DNA of 64,000 nucleotides, taken from the NCBI GenBank assembly GCA_051599415.1, contig AP039706.1, forward strand, positions 124,001 through 188,000. Direction: 5' to 3'. Source of the stretch: Savitreella phatthalungensis (Eukaryota). Of this stretch, positions 9,278 to 19,896 are shown in pieces. Positions within the stretch are counted from its first letter, which is position 1; each line of letters starts with the position of its first letter. The notes beneath the pieces were generated by a model that saw only the letters and a list, made by a program, of their open reading frames with translations, was not told the DNA's origin and searched no databases. Made by a program: the position numbers and the translations under genes.

Positions 9278-12010
9278 TCATCTGGATACCATTGACCGCG
9301 TCGGCGAGCCAAAACCAACATCTGGCGCTTGTTGCTGATGCTGATTAGAAGACGAGGATGGGCGGAGGTTGATCTTAATGGATTTCCGGAGATCAGCGCG
9401 GATCTGAGCGAGGGTTCGGACGTCTGATCTCGATTCCGAGGGACCTGCGACGGCCGCGAAGGCACCTGGGAGGGTTGCGTTGGAATTGAGGGAAGCTCCC
9501 GTGTCGAGACGCGACAGGGATGCAACGTCGTCGTGACGCAGATCGCTTGTCGCCGTTGACGTCCGTCGGAGGCTGTTTCGGTGGTCACCGGCGTAACCCT
9601 GTCCTTCCTCACGCCACCCGCTCACGATCGTCGTCCTCACAAAGCTCGCTTCCCCGTCACCGCCTTTGCCACCGGCCGGAATCGGGCCGGATCCAAGCGT
9701 CGACAGCAGATCGCGTGAGAAGTACGACCTCGTGGTCTCTGTCGTCACGCGGATCATCGTCGGCGGTGTCAGCGGCTCGATCTGCCGCTCATCCTCTTCA
9801 TCCTCGTCGGAAGACTGCCTCCGGACGCTGTCAAAGTCGTCGGAAGGCTCCGAGTACGTCGACTCCCCATCGCTGTGGTCATCTACGGCCTCCACAACTC
9901 CAGCCGCACGGGCCTCTGTCCCTCTCCCGGTCTCAATCTGGGTCTGCCGAGCCGCAGCGCCCTGTGCGTGCAATTCGTAGTCATCAAGCGGAACGCCGAC
10001 CTCGAGCGCGGCCCTGGCGGCCTCCTGCTCTGCTGCGATCCGGCGGAGTCTAGCTGATTCATGAGAGGTGGACGAGGTTGTGGTGTTGCTGCGTGCCCGG
10101 AGTGAGTCGACTCTCGAGATTGCCTCCTCGCTCGGCTGGACCATCGCCAGAGCATCCTCTGGCGCAAACCCTTCTTGTGCCACAAACGGACTTTTGTCGC
10201 CGGCCTCGGCAGCCGCCTCCAGCACCGCCTCATCCACCACAACCTCACTCCTGCCCGAAAGATCCCTGGCAGTCCTGCCAACCGTCGTCGACGCACCTGT
10301 CGATGACGACGAAATCGAACCGGCAACCGCATCCTGCCGCAGCGTCGACGCCCGTCGCGCCTTCGACACAGACTCATTGTCGTAATCCGTCCTCGCCGTC
10401 ACGTTCGACGGTGCGCCGTGGCTGAGTAAGGAGGATGCGTAACCGCCCGCAGACACGCTCTCGGAGTCGTTGCCTGTGGACGAGAGGCGTTTGTCGCTGT
10501 GGAGGGAGCCTGAGGTGGATGGTCGCGAACTGCTGATCAACCTTCGAATCGACTGAGCTGGCGCCTCTTCCACCTCAGCCGTCGTAGAGAGCGTGCGGAG
10601 CTTTGGCGGGACCTGCGGTGTCGCACTCGCACTCGCACCTTCGGTCGCGCGGCGAGCGGCAGCAGCCTGCCGAGCAAAGTATGCCGACGCTGAATGTTGT
10701 GGTGCAGGATCCTGGACGAGTGTGACCTCGGAAGCAAGACTCCCCTTCGCCACAGGCTTCGCCATCATCGAAGCCCTCGAGTAGTACCCCTTGTGGACGA
10801 CGCGCTCACGAAGCGTCCGCCGCCAATCGCGAACCGAGTGCAAGTCGTCGATCCCCTCAGCAATCGTCTCGTCAATGTCGAGCGAGAGCAGCACACCGCC
10901 AAGTGCCTCAGGGTGTTCGACGTCGACCAGCAGATTCTCCGGTCTCCCATGTAGCTGGAACGAGAGCCAGATGGAATTCAGAAATTTTACAATGGTGTGT
11001 GGTGGCTTTGCGCCTCGTAGCATGCCCATGGACTGGCGCTCCGATGGCTCGGGCGGCATCATCATAAAGACGTGGCCATCAGACGACGTGCCTGTTGATT
11101 TGACAGCGACTGTGCCTTCGACCTTGACCAGCCCGCTCTTGATGACAAACTCGGGCTTGTCAGGGTACACGGCGTATGCGGCAAATGCATAGATGACTGC
11201 GAATGGCTCCTTCAGATCCTTTCGCGACTTGTACAGTGCAATCTCGGCTGGCGTCGACGGCGTCACAGTCTTCGATTTCCGACCAAACAGCCCTTTCTTC
11301 TGACCGCCCACAGTCGCCTGCCGCACGATACAGAACACCTGTTCGTACTCCCTGATACTCAAAGCATCAGATGCGATCCTCACCTCGACCGTTCCACGCC
11401 ACTTCTCCTCTCCTGGCGGGTGATCAAACATGTCGCTCGTCCTGAACTTGTTGACTAGCCAAGCGGTGTAGAGCTCCTGGAGCCTCGCACGCTCGAAGAG
11501 TGCGTGGTGGATGGCTGTGTACCACCTACGGATGTCGAGCGGTTCGGCCTCCGGGTCTACTGACCTGAAGACAATGCGCTGGCCGTTTGCACCTACGGTG
11601 ATCTCGGTGTAGTCGTGGTCGACCTTGACCCTTGCGTCCGACAGGTTCAGGTGGCTTGGCGGTGTGACCCTGTGGTTCATCGTCAGCACGTGTCCGCGCA
11701 GCTGCACAAAGCACTCCTCAAACTCCAACTCGACAGGCCGACCATCCGTCGAAGCCTCCAGCTTCAGCAGCACACCAGCACGGTACTTGCGCGTCCGTCG
11801 AGACGCAAAAGCCTCCAGCATATTCGAGAACTGAGCCTCGAGGTCGTCCGTGATGTCGGCCGTCGTGTACGCGTTCAGCGCCAACGGTCGCATCGGCAAC
11901 CCGGCGATCGACTCTGTCGCAAACCGCTTGCTCCCAGGCCGACCGTCCATCTCTGGCGATGGCGGCGCATTAAAGCCTAGACCGCGTGCCGTCGTCGGTG
12001 CCACCAGCAT
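9278..12010 (-). CDS. PH-domain protein, Skg3/Caf120-like
   Basis: ECFVQLRGHVLT, LNLSDA, WYTAIHHALFERARLQELYT, AYAVYP and GLVKVEG match the Skg3/Caf120 PH-like region; long disordered C-terminus. First ATG is at 12010. Confidence 0.8.
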   Translation of the reverse strand: MLVAPTTARGLGFNAPPSPEMDGRPGSKRFATESIAGLPMRPLALNAYTTADITDDLEAQFSNMLEAFASRRTRKYRAGVLLKLEASTDGRPVELEFEECFVQLRGHVLTMNHRVTPPSHLNLSDARVKVDHDYTEITVGANGQRIVFRSVDPEAEPLDIRRWYTAIHHALFERARLQELYTAWLVNKFRTSDMFDHPPGEEKWRGTVEVRIASDALSIREYEQVFCIVRQATVGGQKKGLFGRKSKTVTPSTPAEIALYKSRKDLKEPFAVIYAFAAYAVYPDKPEFVIKSGLVKVEGTVAVKSTGTSSDGHVFMMMPPEPSERQSMGMLRGAKPPHTIVKFLNSIWLSFQLHGRPENLLVDVEHPEALGGVLLSLDIDETIAEGIDDLHSVRDWRRTLRERVVHKGYYSRASMMAKPVAKGSLASEVTLVQDPAPQHSASAYFARQAAAARRATEGASASATPQVPPKLRTLSTTAEVEEAPAQSIRRLISSSRPSTSGSLHSDKRLSSTGNDSESVSAGGYASSLLSHGAPSNVTARTDYDNESVSKARRASTLRQDAVAGSISSSSTGASTTVGRTARDLSGRSEVVVDEAVLEAAAEAGDKSPFVAQEGFAPEDALAMVQPSEEAISRVDSLRARSNTTTSSTSHESARLRRIAAEQEAARAALEVGVPLDDYELHAQGAAARQTQIETGRGTEARAAGVVEAVDDHSDGESTYSEPSDDFDSVRRQSSDEDEEDERQIEPLTPPTMIRVTTETTRSYFSRDLLSTLGSGPIPAGGKGGDGEASFVRTTIVSGWREEGQGYAGDHRNSLRRTSTATSDLRHDDVASLSRLDTGASLNSNATLPGAFAAVAGPSESRSDVRTLAQIRADLRKSIKINLRPSSSSNQHQQQAPDVGFGSPTRSMVSR

Positions 12011-12962
12011 CGTTGTGCAAGAGGTCGGTCGATGGGACGGATAGGGGGACCCTTTTGTGATGCGTTGTCTGTGTGTGTGTCTGGCGATGAGGTTCTGCCT
12101 TTCAAAAGAGACGCGATCGATCTCGTGTAGGTACCTACACGCCCATTGAACAGGCGACACGCTCGCTCACTCATCCGCCCACCCACGGCTCAACCTTCTT
12201 TTTTTTCCAACCGTTCCCGTTCAATCACTTTCCCGAAGCCCGCTAACCCACACCCGAAGAAGCCGCCAGGACCCAGTAGCTGCCAATACCCAATAGCTGC
12301 CAGTACCCAGCTCCCTCCACCCTCAATCTGCGGATAACGTACCAAGCCCGCTTAACCCAGTGGCCTTCTCAGCTTAGCCAACCACAAGGTCAAATCCAAA
12401 TCAGGTCGAGGGACCCCCAAGTCAAACGTATTTCGCCCCTCCAAGGTCCAAATGAATGCCTTGGATGACACCTGGCTCGACCGTCCATGGCCTGCCTCTT
12501 CCGCTTTTTTTTTGGACCGCATCAGTGGCTGCTTCCTACATAGAGGGCGTGTCCAAGCGCCCTTGTCAGATACCATGCTCTTCAATGCTGCTCGCCTGAA
12601 CAGGTCATCCGACAGACTCTGTGAGGATTCTGATTGTGCGAGGGTATGAGTGATTGTCCTTGCTCAGATGAATTCGCCTCTTTTGCGACGCCATCCGAAT
12701 TTCGAAAGGACATATCGACCACCCTGAGATTACAAAGTCTTTCCCAAGCCGGTGAAGGTACATGATTTTTTTACCCCTCATTGGAGCCGATCGCACCCTG
12801 CACACCTCTACGAGGATAGGTCACTTCGATCGCTGTGGCTTTAGAGCTTGTGCGTACCCCGCTTTAGTAGGCTTTTTTTTTCCCGATCGACCTACTGCCG
12901 GTGGGCTGACAAGGACTAAGAGTTGTGGAAGCGGCTGCGACGATGCATGACCACGATCGTAG

Positions 12963-12976
<14 letters not shown>

Positions 12977-13014
<38 letters not shown>
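12977..13014 (+). repeat. Poly-G homopolymer (38 nt) preceded by (GT)n
   Basis: Directly visible in the sequence. Confidence 0.9.
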
Positions 13015-13016
<2 letters not shown>

Positions 13017-13075
13017 GATCGCCTGTTGATTTACCGAGAGATCGCGATGTTCCTGAGACAACGCTAGAGGAAAAG

Positions 13076-13798
13076 ATGAAGGTGGTGCTTCTTGGCGCTC
13101 CGCTCGATCACCATCTGACCTCCGGCCGTACCAATCCCCCATTGTCGCCACGCTGGAAATCCATACCCCTAACTCCATCCACCCACGAGCTAGACACACA
13201 CGTCCTCGGCCGAGGGATTCCTAATCTAGTCCACCTCGATCACACAGGTCTAGCACACATCCATCCCCACACAGTACTGTCGGTCGTTGGGGTGGTCGAA
13301 GGTGGTGACGATGGGTATCGACGTGTGAGAACGCGTGCTGGTGGGATGGCTTGCGTGATGACGGTTTTGGTGCGGTGTGGGAAGGTGGATGGGTCGGTGG
13401 TTGTGGAAGTGACAGTGTGGGGAGGGATGGCTGAAGGGTTGAAGGTGAGGGTCGGGGATGTGGTGGTGTGGGTGGATGTCAGGGTGGGTGTGCATGGCGG
13501 GAGGAAGGGGTTGGTGTCTGTGGATGGGAGATCGAGATACAGGGTACTGTGTCGGCGTGGGGATGAGGTTCGAGCGGAGATGCAGGCACACAAGTCGATC
13601 GTCCAGGCCACGAGAGAGACGGTCGAGGTCGCGAGACTGTGGTCTGTCGGTAGCGGGAACGACCCACCTAGCTTCACATCGATCCAACAGGTCGGCAGCC
13701 ACGAACGGCACCACGATGACGGGAATGATGATGATGATGATGTAAGCAGGTCACGTTCGACGCTGACGCCGACACAGATGCACTCTATCGATGATTGA
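13076..13798 (+). CDS. OB-fold nucleic-acid-binding protein, fungal SHLD2/FAM35A-like
   Basis: N-terminal MKVVLLGAP, then an OB-fold pattern: LSVVGVV...RRVRTRAG...VEVTVWG..AE...VGDVVVWVDVRVGVHGGRKGLVS. Confidence 0.6.
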   Translation: MKVVLLGAPLDHHLTSGRTNPPLSPRWKSIPLTPSTHELDTHVLGRGIPNLVHLDHTGLAHIHPHTVLSVVGVVEGGDDGYRRVRTRAGGMACVMTVLVRCGKVDGSVVVEVTVWGGMAEGLKVRVGDVVVWVDVRVGVHGGRKGLVSVDGRSRYRVLCRRGDEVRAEMQAHKSIVQATRETVEVARLWSVGSGNDPPSFTSIQQVGSHERHHDDGNDDDDDVSRSRSTLTPTQMHSIDD

Positions 13799-13875
13799 AA
13801 TTAGGAGGGGGAACTACAAGGTTGTATGAAGATGACTCTTATAATGATGATGACGATGATAGTACAAGGATGAGC

Positions 13876-16800
13876 TCATGCAGTTTTGTGTTTGAGGGAT
13901 AGTGCTCGGATGTCGTCTAGGACGTCTAGGAGTGTTGATGCTGACCATGCTTGTGTTGGTGATGAGTCGTTGCAGAGCTGGCCATCTTTGTTGGTGAGTT
14001 CGGCAAGACCTGCCCAGGGTGTCCGATCGATCTCGAGCTTGTGCTCGGCCAGACGTTGATGGACTTGGCGGACCGCCTGCTCAGGTGACATCGCTTGGGC
14101 GGCGATCTGGAAGTGGAGGTACGCTCGGAGGAAGTAGCCCATGGGGAAGACCCATTCTGGACCCTGGTGGTAGTTTCGGCCCTTGGACGTGTGCTCGTCA
14201 GTGCTGTCCTCCGAGTTGTTGTAGTAGGGCCGGTAGTCCCAGTCGGACGGGTCCAGTGTGGCGATACCAAGCGGTCCCCGGATATGAGCGTCTGCAACGT
14301 TCAGGTGTGAGACTGCGTGAGCTGGATCGAATAGGTCTGGAGCGACGGTCATGGCCATGGGCACATTTGCACGCAGCTGGTAGTCCTCGAATGGCTTTCC
14401 AGACTTGTAGAGATCCTTGTAGATGCCACGGCGGTTGATGACTTTCGGGTCGACGTCGTATTTGTTGTCTTGTTCAGGTGACTCTGGAACGTAGTAGCAT
14501 CGCTCAAAGTTGTCCTTGAGGAGTGACGCCCATTGTTTATAGGAGACCTCCTTGTTGTCTGCGGTCTTGACACCTGTGTGCGGGAAGAGGTTCTTCTCAT
14601 TCAGGGTGATGAGGAAGCGGATAGCGGAGTAAAGGAGACCAGTGATCTCGACTGCTGCACCGTCTCGAGGAGTTCCTGGCTTACCTTTGGAGCCGGCTCG
14701 CTCACTTTCTCCCATCTTGTCCATCCAGGTGCCACAGTTGTACTGGCTGCCGCCGTGGATGATGCCGGTGGTCCAGTCGACTTCGACGTGGATGTCGAAT
14801 CCCTTGTCGGACATCTGCATGTCGAGATTTGGGCCGGCGTTGGCTTCGCGGAAGTGGAGACCTGTGGCGTGGCGCTGCATGATCTCCTGCATCACTTCTA
14901 AGACCGTGGACTCGTGCTTGTAGGCTTCGGGAGCGTCCCACTCGAAGTACGTGTCATCGTACGGGGTGAATCGACGCTTGACGCGCTCGCTCAAGATTGA
15001 TTGACCATCGGGTACCATGGTGACGTAGTCCTGGATCGCCTGCATGTAGAACCACACAGAGTCACGCGAGTTGTAGCGGGGCGTGCGGATGGAGTCTAAA
15101 AGGTTGGGAATCATGCCATGCTTGATGGTCGTCGCGAATGCGAGGATGTGCTCTCGCGCTTCGTCATGGCGGCCCGTGGCGAGGAGGAGTCCTCGCAGGG
15201 AGATGAAAATGTCGCGACCCCAACATCGCGCCCAAGAGACGGCAAAGTGCGGCAGACCTGCGGCCAGAGAGGCCTTGCTCTGGCTGGGGTCGAGCGATGC
15301 GCTCTTCACGATACCCTGCATCTGCAGGGAGACGAGAGCGAGCGATTGTGAGAACCGGGTACCCTTGCGGACGGTGTCGCTCAGAAGTGAAATGGCGCGT
15401 CGACGGGCGGCCGTATAAAGCGTGTGGAGTGCGATGCAGAAGTAGCGTGGGCGGAGGAAGGATGGGACTTTCTCCTTGAATGCGCCGAAGCGGGACTCGA
15501 GCCACTTGGTGACAGGAGCTAGACCGTCAAAGCCGCCAAGGTCGGTGTACTTCTTCTGCCTGGCGAGGAGGTAGTCGAGTGGCCAGGTACCATCTCGGAG
15601 ATGGTTGGCGAGTGCGTGGCCAAGGTCGTTCTTCGAGATGACTTCCTTGACAGGCGCCATCCAGCCCTGTAGACCACAGTAAACGAGCGAGCCGTACTTC
15701 GGGATTTCATACGCACCGTCGCCGACAGTGTCCTGTTCTTCGGCCGCACAGCGGTAGAGCAGCACATTGAGATCAATCAAGTTGCAGTTGGAGACTGCCT
15801 CGTCTGCGCCTGAACGGACGTATTCGTCGAGGTCGTCTTCTTTCGAGGCGCCAAACATGCTCGGCACGGACGTCTTGATGATTGAGATAGCGCCCGGTGG
15901 GAAGTACTCTGGAACGACGATCTTGCATCCCTCACCGGTAGACTCGATCCGAGGAGGATCGATATCCTTGACTGACGATTTCAGGCCGAGCAGCTCTTCC
16001 TTAGTGGATCTATCCTGGATGGATTCGACGACGAGCAGCTTTGTGAGGAGGTGTTCTGCCTTTGTACCGCCGAGGACGACATCGTTGAAGCTGCCACGAC
16101 CGTCATGCTTGCTGAAGGCCGTGTGAGCGATCAGGAAGACGCCCTCCAGGGTTTTTGGGTTGACGCGATGGACTGTGATGTACTCACCTTCGTGGTGGAC
16201 GTGCATCTCCGAGTAGCCGTTGCTGCCGAGGTCGGTGTGAATTGTGTTGAGCTGACCCCGGACGTCACAAATGCCGTTCGGTTCTGCAGAATAGTGACGG
16301 TCTTCCGCGACGATGTCCAGAATGTGTGGGTAGACCTCATCGTATCCCATGACGGAGCCGACAGATGAGCCTGAGAAGGCGACAAGAGCGGCGTTTGGCA
16401 GAGTGTCTTCAGCACATCGCTTCTGATTCGGGGTCTCGTTGTCATGCGTGCAATCCATGAATAGGGCGCCTAGAGGAGAACTCTGAACTAGGACGACCTT
16501 TTCGCCGCGCTCGTCTAGCTGTGGGACGTCAGTGGCGTTGATCGATCCCACAGGTCTGCCGCCATGAATATGGACGAGACGTGAAAGCTCTCCAGTGGAG
16601 TTGCACTGCATGGCTTCACGAATGAGGGCGGAGAGACCGAGCTTCTGCATGAAGATGACATCCATGGTCTCTGAGCCAGTGAACAGCTCTGCGACGATGT
16701 AGAGGTCAGGACGAACTTCCCTGGCCTTGTCGAGCAGGTAGGAGGCGACTGGGATCGGTGTGGAGTGACAGTTATCGATCCGAACGCCTTGGAAGACTCT

Positions 16801-18363
16801 CGCCATGTCGACGGTGTACTTTTCCATGTGCTGCCAGAGCCACGGGTTGTCGCTCGGCTGCTTGCCATAGCGAAGCTTGACACAGTCGCTCCACACAATC
16901 ACCTCACGCTTCAGGTAGGCTTTGGATGTGCGCGCGGCAAAGTCGTTGAGCGGGTCGGCCGCCCACATCCAGCCGTTACATGCGAGTGCGAGACTTCCTT
17001 TGCTTTGCTTTGCGGTGCGTTCGTTTTCTGGCAGCCGCACAAAGTACGTCTCGATGAGCGGGGATGAGGATGAGATAGGGCCTGACTTGGGTCCGTGAGC
17101 GTCGATGCGGACGTACTTGATGCGGTTGTAGAGCTGCTCAAGCAAGGTTTTCTGATCGGCGTCGTGTTCTTGATAGAAACGAAGGTTGATCTCGTCAAGG
17201 AGACGCTTTGCCTCGTTCTGGAAATCTGCCTCAGACGAAAGGGCCGAAACGAAGGCTGAGAATAGCTGAAGGTCAACCTTCTTCGCGAATCGATCATTGA
17301 GATACTCGTGATCTGGTACGCAGCCAAGCTCGAGCGCTTTGTCTGCCTTCTGCTTGAGTGAAGAGGAAGCAGAGACATCACCGAGGTCGATCTGGCTTTG
17401 TCCGTACTTGAGACCTTCGATTGACTTTGTGTCGATGACGTAGAACTCCCATAGTTTGATGGCAGACAGCACGTGCTCCTTGATCCCTGCCATGACCTTG
17501 TCGAGATCTGCAGTTGAGGTGAGGTCGTTCGGGATGCTGTATTCCTGAAGCTTGTTGCCGAACTCTAGGAGTGCGGTGTCGAGGGCATACGCGGCGCAGA
17601 GATGAGGACTATTCTCCAGGTTGTAGCCCGCTTCCGGGTGGTCCTGTAGCCAAAGACTGTTGTTGGCTGTATGGTTCCAGACGACATCTGTGAGCCCCAG
17701 CAGACCGTGCTCGTCTTCCATTTGTCGGACGTGCTTGGCGAGGAGATCAAGACGCTGCTGTGCGTCCAAGGACTCGCTTCCTTCGAACAGATCATCGGCA
17801 AGGAGGTTCTGGTCGTAGAGCGAGTAGCTGGAGTTTGACTGACCACGCTGCTGGAGCGGGGTGAAGTGGAGCATGTTGTACTTCTTTGTGCCGCTCAGGT
17901 AACGGAGCCTTGGTTCCCACTGCTGTACGGGACCCATCCACTTGCTGACGACGGAGGAGAGGCAGAGGCCAGAGAGGGGCAGCTTCTTGCCGTGTACCTG
18001 GAGCGCAGGCTCGACATCGAAGAAGTATTCTTGCGTGCGCGTCGGCTCTGACTCTCCTTCATGCTGCTGCTCGATGAACCAGGAGAATGCGCCTGCACGG
18101 TGAATAGGGACGTCGACTTGGATGCTCCTGTTCCAGTCTGGGTTTAGGTCGATCGATCTGTACTGTGATCGGACGAATTTGTCCTGCTTTGAGAGTGGAG
18201 CATTTGTCTTGAAGACGTTGGAGGTACCGCTGCAGAGGGTAGATGTACCTTCAAGCTCGAATCTGAGCGTGTACGGTTGGAAGGGAGGTGGGAGCTTGAT
18301 GTAGCTGCCATCGATCCGGGGTGATCCCTTGTCATCCAGCCTGATCAGATAGACGTCACCCAT
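13876..18363 (-). CDS. GDB1: Glycogen debranching enzyme (4-alpha-glucanotransferase/amylo-1,6-glucosidase)
   Basis: 1495 aa; DVVWNHTA, GVRIDNCHSTP, AGLPHF...RCWGRD, GTWMDKMGES, NYHQGPEW, QAWS. Confidence 0.97.
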   Translation of the reverse strand: MGDVYLIRLDDKGSPRIDGSYIKLPPPFQPYTLRFELEGTSTLCSGTSNVFKTNAPLSKQDKFVRSQYRSIDLNPDWNRSIQVDVPIHRAGAFSWFIEQQHEGESEPTRTQEYFFDVEPALQVHGKKLPLSGLCLSSVVSKWMGPVQQWEPRLRYLSGTKKYNMLHFTPLQQRGQSNSSYSLYDQNLLADDLFEGSESLDAQQRLDLLAKHVRQMEDEHGLLGLTDVVWNHTANNSLWLQDHPEAGYNLENSPHLCAAYALDTALLEFGNKLQEYSIPNDLTSTADLDKVMAGIKEHVLSAIKLWEFYVIDTKSIEGLKYGQSQIDLGDVSASSSLKQKADKALELGCVPDHEYLNDRFAKKVDLQLFSAFVSALSSEADFQNEAKRLLDEINLRFYQEHDADQKTLLEQLYNRIKYVRIDAHGPKSGPISSSSPLIETYFVRLPENERTAKQSKGSLALACNGWMWAADPLNDFAARTSKAYLKREVIVWSDCVKLRYGKQPSDNPWLWQHMEKYTVDMARVFQGVRIDNCHSTPIPVASYLLDKAREVRPDLYIVAELFTGSETMDVIFMQKLGLSALIREAMQCNSTGELSRLVHIHGGRPVGSINATDVPQLDERGEKVVLVQSSPLGALFMDCTHDNETPNQKRCAEDTLPNAALVAFSGSSVGSVMGYDEVYPHILDIVAEDRHYSAEPNGICDVRGQLNTIHTDLGSNGYSEMHVHHEGEYITVHRVNPKTLEGVFLIAHTAFSKHDGRGSFNDVVLGGTKAEHLLTKLLVVESIQDRSTKEELLGLKSSVKDIDPPRIESTGEGCKIVVPEYFPPGAISIIKTSVPSMFGASKEDDLDEYVRSGADEAVSNCNLIDLNVLLYRCAAEEQDTVGDGAYEIPKYGSLVYCGLQGWMAPVKEVISKNDLGHALANHLRDGTWPLDYLLARQKKYTDLGGFDGLAPVTKWLESRFGAFKEKVPSFLRPRYFCIALHTLYTAARRRAISLLSDTVRKGTRFSQSLALVSLQMQGIVKSASLDPSQSKASLAAGLPHFAVSWARCWGRDIFISLRGLLLATGRHDEAREHILAFATTIKHGMIPNLLDSIRTPRYNSRDSVWFYMQAIQDYVTMVPDGQSILSERVKRRFTPYDDTYFEWDAPEAYKHESTVLEVMQEIMQRHATGLHFREANAGPNLDMQMSDKGFDIHVEVDWTTGIIHGGSQYNCGTWMDKMGESERAGSKGKPGTPRDGAAVEITGLLYSAIRFLITLNEKNLFPHTGVKTADNKEVSYKQWASLLKDNFERCYYVPESPEQDNKYDVDPKVINRRGIYKDLYKSGKPFEDYQLRANVPMAMTVAPDLFDPAHAVSHLNVADAHIRGPLGIATLDPSDWDYRPYYNNSEDSTDEHTSKGRNYHQGPEWVFPMGYFLRAYLHFQIAAQAMSPEQAVRQVHQRLAEHKLEIDRTPWAGLAELTNKDGQLCNDSSPTQAWSASTLLDVLDDIRALSLKHKTA

Positions 18364-19006
18364 GGAGAGGATGTATGTATGAGACAGAAGCTTATGAGAG
18401 GGTGCGGTGTGTGTATAGAGAGTGGAAGAGGAAGGAGACGGAGAAGGGAATTGTCTATAAAGCGAGTGACGAAGCTGATAAGATGAAGCGAATCCTTTGC
18501 TTGACTAGTGAGAGAATAGGAGATCCCTGAATCTATATGTGAAGGTACGTGGGTGCGTGTACGTGTATAGAGAGAGAGAGAGAGGAGGAGGATGAGGTTG
18601 GGTAGTCGTAGAAGAGTGGTGCCCTGTGTCAGGGTTACTGTTCGTCTAGAGTCTGTGGGTAGAGGATATGACTAGGTCTGTGGGATGGGGATCTAGCTAG
18701 ATAGGGATGGGATGTGAAGGAGACGTATACGCTGTCTATCATTCTTTCTTTCTTTCGTTTTTAAGTATTTTGTGTGCGTCATTTCCGTTGAAGGCTGAAT
18801 CGTATATTTTTCCTTCCCTTGAGGATGATGATATCTACACTTTAGCAATCCTCCTACTGTCTACACGACAGGTTACTCTCTTCACACGTAACTCATACTT
18901 GTTCGATTGATCGAGTGAATGCTCAACAGAGTTCATAGAGGGAGATCCATATTTGACGTCAACGAAATACTACGGCTGCCGCGTTGACAGGAGGACTCGT
19001 CCCCAT

Positions 19007-19746
19007 ATGTCAGGATATGGTCAAAGGGACGAACGACCTACAGCTGCTGCAATACCCTTGTACGCGCGACACGCTCAGACGTCCTTGAATTACTTGTGCA
19101 ATACCACCATCTTCTACATCTACCTACTCGAGTATGCTGATCCCCTAACCCCCGCTTTAACTTGCTCGCTTCATGTCCATACATGTACTGACTCACTCCT
19201 GTAAAAAGTCTATCATTCTTCCGCGCCTTGTTGCGCCTGTGGCTACAGAGTCAGTTACTCTGGCATGGAAATGTCAATGGACAAACTGGTGGATCTGCAT
19301 CTGGATCTGGATCTGGATCTGGTGCTGAGAATGGGATTCAGCGTGGCGGTGTGCTGATGCTGGTACTCTCATTTGTCTGGTGTGCACTGGTCCACTTGGT
19401 CTATGGATCACCGAATGATCCTGCTAGACTCGTGCACGGGTATAACCACGGTGGCGTGCTGATTGACTTTGTGGGTTCGCTGCCTGGCTCCCGGATGAGG
19501 CTGGTACTGCTGGACGGTGCGTTGTTGCTGATGCACATGCTCCAGCTCGATCTGATCTGCGCTCGATCGCGAAGACTAGCCCGAGCTTCTGGACAAGTGA
19601 ATGGTCGTCATGATGACCAGCAGATTGACGATGAGGAGCAGGGTCAGTTCTCTGCTGAAGTCACGGGCCTGGTACTCCATCTGACCGAAGGATTTGTTCA
19701 CTATCTGAAACCGCGAGATGAGGAATCACCATCATCGGATGAATGA
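19007..19746 (+). CDS. DUF1746 / Dsc4-like membrane protein (Golgi Dsc E3 ligase complex), two exons: 19007-19131 and 19209-19746
   Basis: Intron GTATGC...TACTGAC...AAG (19132-19208) joins the exons in frame to give YIYLLDLSFFRALLR; GYNHGGVLIDFVG is the DUF1746 signature. Confidence 0.8.
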
Positions 19747-19896
19747 AGGTGCCAGGTACAGTACACGACAATCATGATAATGACTTATAGGGAGATGGCA
19801 ATGCATGACGAGCAAGAGCAAGTGCAAGAGAGCAAGATATCCAGTGAGAATGGGTAATGATATGACGGAGATGAGATATGATGAAGATGTTGATGT

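Noticed and set aside
12241..12810. Possible telomerase RNA or other structured ncRNA (CTAACCC words)
   Set aside because: No 1.5-repeat template and no recognisable snRNA, RNase P/MRP or SRP consensus
12923..13075. Poly-Gly N-terminal extension of the OB-fold ORF
   Set aside because: It comes from translating the poly-G tract; the family-like N-terminus starts at ATG 13076
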